From Octopus vulgaris (taxonomy: Eukaryota): DNA of 64,000 nt. Below, piece by piece: positions 41,688 through 55,917 of this stretch (position 1 is its first letter; the number at the start of each line of letters is the position of its first letter). The translations under genes and the position numbers were made by a program. The notes under the pieces are model-generated. The model ran no database searches. It saw only the letters and a program-made list of their open reading frames with translations, and was not told the DNA's origin. The stretch covers positions 46,686,001 to 46,750,000 of the forward strand of contig OX597830.1 of NCBI GenBank assembly GCA_951406725.2. The letters run 5' to 3'.

Positions 41688-42354
41688 CATGTATAACATC
41701 GCACTAGACTTCTACTTATCCACGCACGAGTCATTTTTGCTTTGCCTTCCGAAGAGAGGCAGTTGATAAAATAAAAGATCAACCAATCATTAATTCATCA
41801 CCATTCCCCCCCATTCCGTTTTTCCCACCACGACCGCCACCGCCAAAAATTACCCGAACAAATTCGTGGTCTTGAGTCAATAATATAACAAACTCTAATT
41901 TCTTTTATGGAGGCCTCCAGGTGACATAATCGGCAGAGGGTCGGACGGACAAAATACCTTGTGGTATTTACTTATGCATTATATAAGTTTTGAATTGAAA
42001 TCCCGCGATGGATAACTTTATGTTCTCCCCTTTACCTCTGCAAGATCAATAACTGCCAATAATATGCTGAAGATCGATTTAATCGAATCTATTCCCTTCC
42101 GAACTTCTGCCGAAAATGTGTCATTTACAAAGGATTACTTCTCTTATATTTAAAAAAGGAAAGCGTGTTTGCAGCAGCGACGACAACAACGATGACAACA
42201 ACAACAACAACAACAACAACAGCAGCAGCAGCAGAAGCTGTAGAAGCTGTAGAAGTAGCAGCCGCAGCAGTAGCAGTAACAACAGCAAAACGGCAACAAA
42301 AGAAATAACATCATCAGAGAGTGAAGACTGTGTGTGTGTGTGTGTGTGTGTATG

Positions 42355-42800
42355 TGAGAGAGGGCATATGTGTGTGTGAGGGCATATGTGTGAGGGCATA
42401 TGGGCATATGTGTGTGTGAGGGCATACGTATGTGTATGTGAGGGTATATGTGTGCGTGTGAGGGCATATGTGTGTGTGAGGGCATATGTGTGTGTGTGTG
42501 TGTCTGAGGGCATATGTATTTCTTTACTACCCACAAGGGGCTAAACACAGAGAGGACAAACAAGGACGGACAAACGGATTAAGTCGATTACATCGATCCC
42601 AGTGCGTAACTGGTACTTAATTTATCGACCCCGAAAGGATGAAAGGCAAAGTCGACCTCGGCGGAATTTGAACTCAGAACGTAACGGCAGACGAAATACG
42701 GCCACGCATTTCGCCCGGCGTGCTAACGTTTCTGCCAGCTCGCCGCCTGAGGGCATATGTGTGTGTGTGTGTGTGTGTGTGTGAGGGCATATGTGTGTGT
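42355..42800. repeat. GAGGGCATATG(TG)n minisatellite interrupted by a SINE B
   Basis: About 10 units of GAGGGCATATGTGT. Confidence 0.85.
42518..42747 (-). mobile_element. SINE family B, full length, 13-14-bp TSD
   Basis: (C)TGAGGGCATATGT on both sides (42504-42517 and 42747-42760). Confidence 0.92.
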
Positions 42801-44269
42801 ATGTATGTGTAAAGACTGGAATGTCGTACAAGTTAACCAAAATATTTTCCCAATAAAAAAGGACACAATAATATATTTCAATAACGGTTCGATCCGTTCG
42901 TCTAGTTTCCAGAGAGATTCTTGCCTGTCTGTGTTTCGCATCTGTTTCGCATATTCTTCACAATAGAAACACCATTGTTTTGTCGATATCTTTCTCTGTT
43001 TGTGTGTTTTCGACTGACACCATATTGTCTCCTCTGTGTTCCTATCGTCTTCCTACAATTCTGTTGGACATTATTGTTATGCCGGTGTCCGTCTCTCTAC
43101 CTATATTTCCGATAAACACCATTATTGTTTAGCTAATGGTCGATTCTACTCGTAGACTTGTGCATTGAAAACTCTTCGTTTATCTCCAGAAAGACACATA
43201 CGTACACACACACACGCACACGCACACACACAGACACACACAAGTATGGCGGTAAATTGCCCGGATGGTTTGAGTGTCGGCTGGAACATATTGCATTATT
43301 CTAACAGTACGTGCTCTGAGTTCAGTCCCACCGTAATCAGCTTTGATATTCGTTCACGGGAGTCGAGTAATAAACACCAATGGAGGCAGACAGACTGGCA
43401 AGATGCTTATTTGCCGGACAAATTGTCTTATAGTCTCTTTGCGTTGTAATGCCAAGACCTGCGATTATGACTCTGGGCCCCGAATTGAATCGGTTTTGTC
43501 CTTTTCTTGGACAACGTCAGTGATGTGGTGAAGAGAGGCTTGTATACAAGAACAACTACAAGACTTCTAAGAAGATTCTTACCCAAACTTGCTCCTAAGA
43601 GAGGAAGATTTCATGCGCAGACCGCCTATAAAGACAACATAGGAAACCCAAGCACACACACGCGCGCGCTCTCACACATATACTCACTGATATGCAGACA
43701 CAGCTACCCCACCACACATCCATCGTTTAACTTGTCATTGACCCGTGGCCATTTTGAAGCACCACTTTGAAGAGGTTAGTCGATCAAATAGACATCAGGA
43801 AGTATTTCAAGTATGGTACTAATCTTATTGCCTCTCTTTCTATTGACCCGCTAGCATACAAAGCAACAAACAAACCAACACCGGTTTTCAAGCGATGAGA
43901 AACAGACCCAAACTTGCGGAACACCGTTGAATATATATATATTTCTAATCAAACACGAAGGTTGAAAACTACGGAGAAGAGCGGCCAAATAGGTCTGTTT
44001 ATAGTAACTATAATTATATATTATTTGTGTAATAATAATATATACTCTATTTAAAGCGACTAAATATAGACAATTGACTGAAAAAAGATGGGCCGAACCA
44101 CTGGGAATTCAACACGATATCATTGTTTACATGTCTCCGTACGCACCCAATTCAGCCACATAGCCCACCCATCAATTTCAACTAAATTTATAAATATATA
44201 TACTAGACTAATTTGGATTTGAACTCAGAACGTAAAGACCGACAAAATACCGGCTTGCTAACAATTTTT

Positions 44270-44499
44270 ATTTAATTACTACCCACAAGGGGCTAAACAC
44301 AGAGAGGACAAACAAGGACAGACAAAGGGATTAAGTCGCTTACATCGACCCCAGTGCGTAACTGGTACTTAATTTATCGACCCCGAAAGGATGAAAGGCA
44401 AAGTCGACCTCGGCGGAATTTGAACTCAGAACGTAACGGCAGACGAAATACCGCTACGCATTTCGCCCGGGGTGCTAACGGTTCTGCCAGCTCGCCGCC
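44270..44499 (-). mobile_element. SINE family B, full length
   Basis: Near-identical to 42518-42747. A short extra fragment lies at ~44210-44260. Confidence 0.92.
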
Positions 44500-44844
44500 T
44501 AAACATCTAATTTTATTAATAAAGAAAATGTAGCGATCTTATACGGACGATGTTCGAGTTATATCGTCGACAAGTGAGTTATTTTATTCAAACAGAGTCT
44601 TGTAGTCTGTTAGCCATTTTTTCACTATCAAAAGAGAACAAACGTCTCCTCACTCGCTTTGACATCACTAACCGCCATGAGCAAGCTTCCTCCTCCTTCC
44701 ACTCATTTGTTAGCTGCGAACTTCTACTCTGCTTTACCTCGACAGAATAACTTTTATTTGCTTAAAACCACGTACTTTTTCTCTTTACCGCTGCCCATCA
44801 TAAAAGCCTGTAAATATTTTGACTTTACAAACACGGGCATATTC

Positions 44845-45139
44845 TTTTATTCCTTTAATTGTTTCAGTCATTTGACTGCGGCCATGCTGGAGCACCGCCT
44901 TTAGTCGAGAAAATCGACTAAGCCTAGTACTTATTCTATCGTTCTCCTTTGCCAAATCGCTAAGTTACGGGGACGTAAACGCACTGGCATCGGTTGTCAA
45001 GCGATGTTGGGGGGTGGCAAACACAGACACACAAACATATTCACACACACACATGTGTGTATGTATGTATGTATGTATGTATGTATGTATGTATGTATGT
45101 ATGTATGTATGTATGTATGTATGTATGTATGTATGTATG

Positions 45140-45201
<62 letters not shown>

Positions 45202-45357
45202 GACAAACTTTTTTCAGATTCTGTCTACCAAATCCACTCACAAGGCTTTGGTCGGCCCGAGGCTATAGTAGAAGACCCAAGGTGCCACGCAGTGGGACTG
45301 AATCTGGAACCATGTGGTTGGTAAGCAAGCTACTTACCACACAGCCACTCCTGCGCC
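44845..45357 (-). mobile_element. SINE family A with expanded internal (TATG)n(TA)n
   Basis: Homologous to family A. Confidence 0.88.
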
Positions 45358-46083
45358 TATATATACGTATAATCTTTACAACGCATTCTGCAACGCATTC
45401 AATTAACTTTGTGAGACGCAAATAGCTATGGACATTCTCAGAAGCACATTTATGTAAACTTTGTTTTAGTTGATATAAATCCCGATCTGTCATATTCTAC
45501 TTTGAGTCTGAACTATTTGAAAGCCATTCTCGCAGACAACTTGTGTACATAATTATTGTTAATTATTATGGCATGATTTTACCAACAAAATCAGAAGAGA
45601 TTTGCCTTTCGTTTGCTGGACAGAAAAAAATGGGAAAAATTATTGCTAATGTTACGATAAACCTTTTAATTTCTTCAGATAACACAGGATATGATAGATA
45701 GCTAGATTGATAGATCAGTAAATAAATAAATAATTAGATAAATAGATAAGGCGATCGGATGATAGATAAAGACTTTGACTAGTTCCTTTCAATATGTCTA
45801 CGATCTGTTGTATGTGCATGTGTATTTAAGCGTGCAAATTTTTACAAGTTTCAAAAGTGATTATAGATAATCCATTTATTAAACGTTGCTAGTCTCTTCT
45901 CAACGAGTTTACCATTTACCATTCCTCTCCTTTATTGATTGTTCAACAGCAACCCCCATACATATACATACACGTGTACAGACACACTAACATACAAACA
46001 CACTAACACATAAACACATTGATCTTTTTCTCATCCCTCTGACTGTCAGACAGTCTGTCTGTTTTTTTCACTCCCTCTTCCTC

Positions 46084-46182
<99 letters not shown>

Positions 46183-46670
46183 ACGTACACACACAAAACC
46201 AAACATTGATATACAAACAGCATGTATTTATCTTATTTTTAATCCATTTCTTGTCTTCTACAAACCTCAGTTTTTACGCTTCAAAATTCACCCGATTCTC
46301 CAGTCACGTGTTAAACGGAACCGACATAAATACTATAGTCCCATCTCCTGGTTCACCGTGCCTGTAAAAACAAGTCACCTCATTAAAACGCTGTCTTATT
46401 TCCTTCAACATACAGTTTCCGAGTTTACTAACGATTTACTAAAAGCAGCATAGAAAAAAAAGTAGTACAACAAAGAGCAAACGTGTCGATATCCAATTGG
46501 CACGGAGGACATCAAAAAGGGTTTGAGCGCTTCTCATTCACTTGACAAAGCCACAAAAACAAATAACAGTAATATCTACTTCACTGCTGTCACCATTTAA
46601 CACTCCACGGTCACTCGGCCTGCTAGAAATAGCGGCGAAATCTGCCATAAATTAAACTCTACTGTCTTAA

Positions 46671-46891
46671 CCCTTTAGTGTTCACATTATTCTGCCCAAA
46701 TTAATGCTTTTTCCTCCACACTGTTTTGAACTAATCATGCATTATCTTGTAGCTGTGAGATTTTGATGAGGTAGCTGTTAATTTTTAAAGCGATATTGTA
46801 GGGTTGGTGTGAGAGACCAGATCTGGTCAGTTTGAACATAAAACAGGCTGAATACTTTTGGCCGGATTTGGCCGGTTTAAATCCTAAAGGG
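46671..46891. mobile_element. piggyBac-type MITE
   Basis: TTAA-CCCTTTAG ... CTAAAGGG-TTAA: 8-bp TIR and TTAA TSD at 46667-46670 and 46892-46895. Confidence 0.8.
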
Positions 46892-47852
46892 TTAAATATG
46901 GAAGGATACACTGAATAATGCAGCTTTTGATATGTTTTGGAATATGGATCGGTCACGACTGGAAGGCCTTTCCTCAAGGATGTGCTCGGTCAGGGTTAAC
47001 CTAAGGCTAAGCAACTACAATAATAACCGATGCAAGACCATCACGAATACTCGGTGTTGGTCTCGCAGAAATAGGTAGATCTTGTCTGGGTGCAGATTTA
47101 ACGTTTTCATTCTTATTCAGCTGATCCACAGATTAACAAAAATAGTAACGAGCTCAGTTTTAACTTTTAGCGATAACTATGAGCATGCTTTACACATCGC
47201 CAGTTGCTCAGTCAAGCGCCATTTCACTGTTGCAATTTGTCAGATGGATTTTGTTCTAGTGGCGGCACTTCGACATGGTCTCCTTCTTTCAGTTTTATAA
47301 GCAGCTTTATTCAATGAATTACAGAAACCAAATTAAATAATTCCTAAAGCGTTGTTACCATCATTAGCACTTCAACAATTAAAAATACCGCCTTCCAACA
47401 TTATCATCAAAATACAAACGCCACCACCACCCCCACCCCCACTCCACCAGCACACCCATCATCTATACAATCTCAACTAAGAATAATAACAATACCATCT
47501 CCTCCCTGACCACCAGCAGCAACCATCACCACCAGCACCACCACCAGCACCACAATTACTACACAACAACAATCACCATAGTCTTAACTTCACTCTCCGC
47601 CACCAATAACACCATCACAGTTAATGCCATTCCAACCAGGATTATTACAACCATTGATAACACCAGCATCACATCATCACTGAAAGTTGATGTCTAATCA
47701 AATAGAAACCATTTTTAATTAAGAAAATCGTTTGTCTGTAATTTAGTATTTTGTCTGAGGTTGAGACTAATGAATAATTAGTTTCTTAACACTAGCAGGG
47801 AAATTTCCATTGATTTAACACGTCCTCCATACTTTTGTGTTGATTCACATCA

Positions 47853-47920
<68 letters not shown>

Positions 47921-47925
47921 GTATG

Positions 47926-47976
<51 letters not shown>

Positions 47977-48184
47977 ATATATATGTACATATATATACAC
48001 ACGTATGTGTGTATGTGTGAGTGTGTGTGTGAGTGAATGTGTGTTTGCCTGTTTGTGTGTATGTATGTATGCCCTTGTGCATATACACATTAAAATATTT
48101 CCATATTTAAATGAATACAAGCACACACAAACGCATACATTTCGTTATATATATATATATATACACATATATATACAAATATAT

Positions 48185-48226
<42 letters not shown>

Positions 48227-48308
48227 ATATATATATATATGTGTGTATATATGTATATGTAAATATATATATATACATATATTTATACATATATGTATAT
48301 ATATATAC

Positions 48309-48377
<69 letters not shown>

Positions 48378-48378
<1 letters not shown>

Positions 48379-49430
48379 TAGCAGAAATACCCGGCGTTGC
48401 CCGGTTACATTCAATTGAAGAATTAGACTTTTCTGTTATATTTTCTGAATGAACTGGAATATCTATGTTTCGAATTTCATCAAAATTGCAGATGAGGGTT
48501 ATTTCCCTCTTTACACACCCTAAAAAAATTGTAATCGTGCCACATGGAAACCAAAAGACGAATGATCACAATAAGCAGCCAGTTACCCTAACCTAGTCGT
48601 TACCACTCCCAATGTAGGATTCCTCACCATCAAGGTGACAGGCACAGCCGTAAGATGCATTACGAATCTATAGCAATTGGAAGGGCGTGACCCAACTGAA
48701 ATCAATATTATCAACTTTGTGACGTGAGGGCTTAGGAGATATTAAAGTGTCACCTCTGGAGTTTGCAAATGACAACTATACTGATACGTAACTGGACAGA
48801 ATGAATTTAAAATCTATAAATGTCTTTGAATAACCAATCACTCATCTGGGAAGGCCTTGTAATCAATGTTACCATCTGGGGACTATGTGTGACCGAGTGA
48901 TAATAAAAAGACTGAAAGGAGGTCTGCAATCAAATAACTTTACTCAACACTTTGCAACTGAATCAGCAGAGACAAAGATGCTTCTCATTTACTTAACAAT
49001 TTATGCACCACATTGCAGAAATCACAATGTAAGTGTATGTCAAAGCAAACTGTTACACTGTTGTACCATTGAATTAGAAATAATGCCCAACTTTTATGCT
49101 CGGGTAACCCTACAGCTTCCAAGAGCACAACTGTATTCGTTTTTGCTTAGATAAAATGACAAAATTATGGGTGTTAATTCTCCATGGAGGGGTCTTTCTA
49201 ACTTTGTAAGAAGATGAAATTTTATAAATATTACTTCATTTGTGTCTAATGTCTATTGTTAAAATTTCATCAACAGCAAAAATATACGAATTGTCATGGG
49301 GGTTATGACCCTTATGCATAGAATATAATTTCCAAATTTCATAAAGATCCATTCAGTACTTTTGATCTAGTTTTGGATCATAAAAGAAATGACTAAAATT
49401 TGGGAGTTAAGGCTCCCATTAGGGTGCTAT
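48378..49430 (-). mobile_element. Non-autonomous Helitron-like element
   Basis: Minus-strand 3' end CCGGGCAACGCCGGG (GC hairpin) ... CTAG followed by T, inserted in (TA)n. 5' limit approximate. Confidence 0.65.
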
Positions 49431-49678
49431 ATATATATATATATATATATACATACACACACACACACACTCAAAGATAAATTGATAGATATAACTGAGT
49501 GGGCAAACAAAAATATGAGACACAGACTAGTGCTTTTTTATGCTGATAAGCCTAGTACTTATTCTATTAATTTGTTCTTGTGAAACCAGTAAGTTATGTG
49601 GATGTAAATAAATGAACAGCAGTTGTGAAGCAGTGATGAGGGCGAAACACAGACACAAAGACACACACATACACTTAC

Positions 49679-49750
<72 letters not shown>

Positions 49751-49789
49751 GATTGATTTGTTTCAGTTCCTGTCTACGAAATCCATATA

Positions 49790-50647
49790 TATTGTTGGCA
49801 TCCTTTTTGTCTCGGGAGACAATGGAGTTGCGCATAAAATAATCTAGTCCGACTTTTACATTTCATGTCCTAATACATCTCCTGCTGTGGCTGTGTAGTC
49901 CCATCCTGGACAAACACTCCCTCTGGCAGGTACCGCAAATGTAGCGAAGACTTTGCCTGGCTGGTTGTAATGTCATAGTTTCTTGTTGACGTCTTTTCTT
50001 GTCTTTCCATTTCTCTTCTCTCTCTATGTCACTCCTTGGTGTTCCCTCTTTTACGGTACGTCGCCAATCTCCACGGTTGCTGGCAACTGCTTCCCAGTTG
50101 GTAATTGTGATTGTCCCATGCCCGTTTGGAGAGTTGGGCCATCACAGCAGCTGCCTTGCCAATGCGTATATTGAGCTCAGTATCAAGGGATAGGTTGTAG
50201 GTGACGGTAGAGCCAAGATAGGTAAACTTCTCCATCTCCTGTAGTCTATGGTCTCCAATATGTATGTTTGAGATGTCCGGTGTAGCCTGACCCATGATGT
50301 TGGTCTTCTTGAGGCTGATAAATAAGCCAAAGTTGCCCCATGCTTGCTCAAAACAGTTGATGAGCCTTTGTAGGGCTTCTTCTGTGTGTGATACCAGAGT
50401 GGCATCATCAGCAAATAGCATCTCCTTGATCAGAACGCTTCTGATTTTGGTCTTGGCACGCAGACGCGAGAGATTGAACAGTTTCCTATCACTTCTACTG
50501 TGCAGAAACACTCCATCATCTGATGTCACAAAGGCATGTGACAGCAGCAGCGAGAAGAAGATGCCAGATAATGTAGGAGCAAAGACACAACCTTGCTTTA
50601 CCCCATTTTTTATTTGGTAGGCGGCTGATGTTGAACCATTGTTGAAG
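49790..50647 (-). mobile_element. RTE (BovB-like) LINE fragment: RT core fused by internal deletion to the 3' end
   Basis: GVKQGCVFAPTL, MLFADD, KKTNIM, FTYLGS, RIGKAA, then NWEAVASNRGDWR and C..C...SRMGLHSHSRRC, then 3' stem-loop TTGTCT-N4-AGACAA. Confidence 0.9.
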
Positions 50648-52331
50648 GAGCTTATCATCAAACTCAACTGGACATCCTATTCGATCTTCATCTTCAATTT
50701 TGCAAACGATCTCCTGCAAGTTCTTTCATTCAAGCACTTTCCCATAAACTGAGTGTATGTTTCGAGTCACTTCGGCTGCAGAGTTACCTTTATTGTACTC
50801 ATAAAGAATTATATGTGCCTTAAATGCTCCTTGGATACTTCCATGATGAAAGGGTTTTTAACCAAAGCAATTTTAGGGTGTCCACGAAGTCTGGGTACAT
50901 GGAATAAAATCAAATCATAACATAAACAAATATAAGAAATAATAATTTTCCTTTTTTACTTTTGTTTAAATTAAATAAAAAATACTTTACTTTTCTAAAT
51001 TTATTTGTTATTTTTTTCAACAGATGATCGAATGATGGCTGTGTCTAAAGAAGAAAGAATCCCAGATCGAATGATGGATCTGTCTAAAGAAGAAAGAATC
51101 GAGTTAGTATTATTAAGTGGACGAGAGGGATGGTCTTATCGCAAAATTGCGGAAGAGTTTAATCTTCGACATCCTTATAGGTAACCTGTTTTTTTACTGC
51201 CGTCGGGAAATTGATCAAGAAATTTAAAGAAACAGGCAGTGTTTTGAATAAACCCCGTTCCGGGCGACCAAAAACTTCAAATGAAACGAAAGAGGCTGTC
51301 ATGGCTAAAGTTTCTGCTAGCCCAAAGAAATCACTTCGTCGGACATCCACGGTATTAGGTGTTCCAAAACTAACCACCCAGAAAATGCTGGTTGAGGAAA
51401 AGTTTCATCGATACAACCTACAGATATTGTATCACTTAAATGAAGACTACCCTGATAGACGAATGTAGACGTGCGAATGGTTTTCAGATAAATTGGATGA
51501 AAATATCAATTTTACGAAAAACGTTGTTGTTCAGTGACAAAGCTACGTTTTATGTAAATGAAGAGGTCAACAGACAGAATCTTCTATACTGGTCTCGAGG
51601 TAATCCACATTGGATGGATCCATCCAAACAGCATGGCAGTAAAAAGGTGATGGTGTGGTTTGTGAAAAGCTCATGTTCTAGGACCCTTCTTCATTGAACA
51701 TGTATCGGATGAGACTTATGTAAACATATTGAGAGACACATTAATATCTCAAATTGAGCGCCTAGGCGAGGGCCTTCCGAATTGGTTTCAGCAGGAAGGG
51801 GCCCCTTCCATTTTGCCACAACTGTTAGAGATTGGCTTAATGACACTTTTCCTCACTGGATTGGAAGAAGGGCTCACATGGAAAGGTCCCCTCGTTCACC
51901 AGACCTTTCTCCCCTTGATTTCTTTTTCTGGGGTATGTTGAAAGAGAAAGATTACAATAAAGATTACAGATTTAAAACACATGAGAGAACGCATTACCAG
52001 TCACTGTGCTGATGGCAATGTAGACTTATTTAATCAAGTTCACCTGAATTTTGCAAGGCGCATTGAAAAATGATGGAAATCACTTTGAAAATATTATTTA
52101 TTAACATTATAATTAAATAAAATTGGTTTGTTTTAAAAGTATGTGTTATTCCCCATGCACGCAGACTTTGTGGACACCCTCTATTATTTTGTAAAACAAT
52201 TATTGAATTAGTTTAAACGTACACAAATGCCTAAAAATAATTTTTAATTGAATTAGACATTTGAAAATACTATTAAATTTCATTCAAATCTAAAAAAGGT
52301 AAAATTGGACAGGACTAATTGGATGACTTGA
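50647..52331 (-). mobile_element. 5' part of a second mariner copy (same family as 5502-6770), split by a Tc1/mariner insertion
   Basis: 50647-50874 and 52181-52331 are reverse complements of ~5660-5908 and ~5502-5650. Confidence 0.88.
50875..52180 (+). mobile_element. Tc1/mariner transposon of DD40D/DD41D (rosa/Visitor-like) type, pseudogenised
   Basis: TIRs AGGGTGTCCACGAAGTCTG... / ...CAGACTTTGTGGACACCCT. Motifs KFKETGSV, PRSGRP, FSDKATF, WFQQEGAP and SPDLSPLDFFFWG with ~40 residues between the second and third acidic residues. Several frameshifts. Confidence 0.88.
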
Positions 52332-53095
52332 TATATATAATCTATGATATTGTAGTAGGTTTCAAGTTTATAACACCTTGATATCTCATGTTATCTCATT
52401 TTATATGCCTAAGACGTTTATTTTCTATTCTGGTTTTTATATATTTCTATACATTATATTTGTATCTATAATTTATTTTAAGCCGAAACATAATACGATC
52501 CTTGTACAAACGAAAGAACAAGAATGTCCTCTGGAACTTTTACCTTCCACCGGTGTTTGTAATCGATGGTGACATGTGCGATGATTTTGCGACTATCTTA
52601 TATTTTACAGAGAAATTGGAAGCCCCGAATGTAAGCCACCACTTTATGCATAATACAATATTTATAGTTCTCTATTTCTAACTCAAATTCTGTCCTCAAT
52701 AATTATAGATCTCTATTTCTACATGTAATTCTTTTTCTTCTCGTTCAGTTAATAACTATAACACGCATTCTTGTCTGTCTCTCGACAAAGCTTTTTTTCT
52801 CCAGCGCTCACCACTTCACCTCGTTAGGGTTAAACAGCCCTTACCGAATGCTTTCACTGTCCTATTTTTGTTAGCAGCTTTGACGTTCCACGTATCTCAA
52901 ATTTTATTTAATTTGCTTTGGTGGAGCAATTGCTTTGACGAAGACGCATCTTGTTGCACAGCTCGCAATGCGGAGTAGGTAAATCTGCCAACAATTGAAG
53001 GGTTGTTTTTTTATGCTGCCTTCGCGCTACAGTTCTCAATATATAATGGAAATTCTCCCAACCCAACCCAACCCGTGTGTAATAGTGACACCAAT

Positions 53096-53240
53096 GCCAT
53101 AACGTCGAATGTGGGCTGGTAGCTGTGTACAGTCGTCGCAATATCGCCCAGAGCGAGCTCTGGCCGCCATAGCGTCGACTGTGGACTGGTAGCTGTGTAC
53201 AGTCGTCGCAATGTCGCCCAGAGCGAGTTCTGACTGGCAT
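53096..53240 (+). repeat. 70-bp GC-rich direct repeat, two copies
   Basis: GCCATAxCGTCGAxTGTGGxCTGGTAGCTGTGTACAGTCGTCGCAAT... at 53096 and 53166. Confidence 0.9.
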
Positions 53241-53459
53241 GAAGCCACACCTGCACCTGTGTGTGTGTGTAGGTGGGTGGGTGTATCGGTATGTGTGAAT
53301 GTGTGTATATATGTAGGCATGTATATATCTGTATATATATATGTATACATATATATGTATACATATTACATGTACATCTATATATACATCTAGACATACA
53401 TGTTTACATATACATCAGTATATATGCATGTATTTATATATATAAATCCATATATATAT

Positions 53460-53700
53460 ATACATATTGCCTACCGGATGCTCCAAATCACATAGGCAAG
53501 TTTGAAGTTTGCCTCACAAGAATTAAAGAAATCCGCATGAATCTGGAACACCACGTGACCATATTTCTTATGGGTGATTTCAACTTCCCCAACGTCAAAT
53601 GGCCCGAAGGTCTCATACTCTCAGGAATTAATCATTGCAAGCAAGTACAGGTGGAGTCCAAGTTATATCTTGATATCGCTATTGATAACAATACTCAAAA
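53460..53700 (+). mobile_element. LINE APE endonuclease fragment (CR1/L2/jockey type)
   Basis: YCLPD (cf. YRPP)...IFLMGDFNFPNVKW. Confidence 0.7.
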
Positions 53701-54102
53701 TATATAACAGACTTGCAATTTCGATCAATTGGATCTTGTCCCCCTCTTGTATAGAAGTATACGGCTGCAGCGAAATTCATTTTTGGACTTTCTTCTATCG
53801 AAGGCATTTTAACAAAAATGCTTCCGTAAGGACGGTGAAAATATTGTCAATTTCCCCAAACAGGGTCACAATTCAATTTTTAAGCAATAACCAAAGCCCC
53901 TTCTCCGAAAGTGGGAGGGTTACGGTTTACAATTATTTAACAAATGCAACACAACAACGTTTCCCTGACGAGGAACCAACAAATGTGATTACAATAGTCA
54001 AGCAGTAATAATAATAACAACAAACCTTTGTAATTTATCCCCATTTATGTGAAACCACTTATTCAAGTTGAAGTCATTGATGCAATTTTATACGAATTAC
54101 TA

Positions 54103-54149
<47 letters not shown>

Positions 54150-54399
54150 ATAAGGGTGAAAAATTGAATATTAATTTGATTAATATGAATTGAAAACCAG
54201 TGGTGTAGCATATAAGACCATAGAGGATCTTCTTCTAGCAAAATGGATGACCACTGTTAATGGTACATCCCTGTTATATAATGCTTTCACTTTAATAGTT
54301 TCAGTATTAAAGTGAATGTCTGCATTACAAAAGAGAGATGTTTTTGTCTCACTTTTAACACGTAATACTGAAATAGTGGAGAAGATATGATATTGCTGT

Positions 54400-54560
54400 G
54401 GGGTCGCCCTAGGGAAAAAAGTTAAAACTTTTTTGCCGATGACACTCCCCGGACCTTAAGTAAGGCATGTGTAAAATTTGAATGAAATTGGTTGTGTAGT
54501 TCTCAAGTTTTAGGGAAACACACAGACAGACACACATTCTCAGTTTTATATATATAGAGA
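54400..54560 (-). mobile_element. Helitron-like 5' terminus
   Basis: Minus TCTATATATATAAAACTGAGAATGTGTGTCTGTCTGTGTG...CCAATTTCATTCAAATTTTACAC, a typical non-autonomous Helitron start. Confidence 0.6.
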
Positions 54561-55039
54561 TATATATAATTACGGCATATTCTGTTAGGAACGTAGTAGA
54601 AGAGTACAGTATAAAACCCGTTTACTTTCGGACTAGTAGTCGTAGTATTATACGTGCATTCAGGTTTGCGGTTGGGCTTCTGTCCTGTGTAGATAGATAA
54701 CTGAAAGAATTGCAGGGTAGCAGTTGCATAATCAAGTACCTTCACACCTTGCGTGGAAACAATTGTAGGGATTAAAAAATAAATGTCTAACCGTACCCCT
54801 TCTTGTTGACTCCAATTTTTTCAAATACACACATACACACACGCACACACATGTATGTATGTATTTATGTTTGTATACACACACACACACACATATATAT
54901 ATACATATGTACACACACACACATATATATATATATACATATGTACACACACACGCATATATATGTCCATATATACCCCATACTCACACACATACACATG
55001 TATATACAAGCCTATATATATATATATATGTAATTTTTT

Positions 55040-55443
55040 TATCTTTTACTTGTTTCAGTCATTAAACTGCGGCCATGCTGGGGCACCGCTTTGAAGTATT
55101 TTAAGTGAATAAATCCACCCCAGTATTTTATTTAAGCCTTGTACTTAACTTACTCAATCGGTGTCTTTTGCCGGACCGCTAAGTTACGGGGACATAAACA
55201 CACCAACACTAATTGCCAAGTGATGTGGGGGAACAAACACAGACTCAAAGATACACACGTTCACATAATTATATATATATATATACGACAGGATTCTTAC
55301 AGTTTCCGTCTACCAAATCCACTCACAAGGCTTTGGTCGGTCCGTGGCTATAGTAGAAGACACTTGCCAAAGGTGCAACGCTGTGGGACTGAAACAGGAA
55401 CTATGTGGTTTGGAAGTAAACGTCTTACCACGCAGCTACACCT
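55040..55443 (-). mobile_element. SINE family A
   Basis: Homologous to family A. Confidence 0.85.
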
Positions 55444-55838
55444 GAGTCGGAACGAATACCGCCAAACTTTATATCCGATTTTATATCCGACGTTGACACT
55501 TCGCTTCATTTCTTAATTAAAAACATTTCCCTAATCTAAAATGTGTTGTGTTTTTATGAAAATATTTGTTTCATTTTTATTAACCTTTCGTGATTATTTT
55601 TAATTGAAACTGAGACGTTCATTAAATTCGCGCAAGAAAATGTCATTAATTAGGAAAATGGTTTTCGACTGGCACAAAACAATATGTCATAGTATAGGAA
55701 TGGCTGTATTGTCAAGTGGTTCGCTTTGCAACCATCTGGGCTTGGGTTCAATTTTACTGCACGGCAGAAAAATGGCCGAGACAAAATGATACGGAAATAT
55801 GATATACTCTTCAATATACAAATACACATACACACACT

Positions 55839-55917
<79 letters not shown>

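Noticed and set aside
53960-54060. CUGACGA motif
   Set aside because: No helix II partner next to a GAAA.
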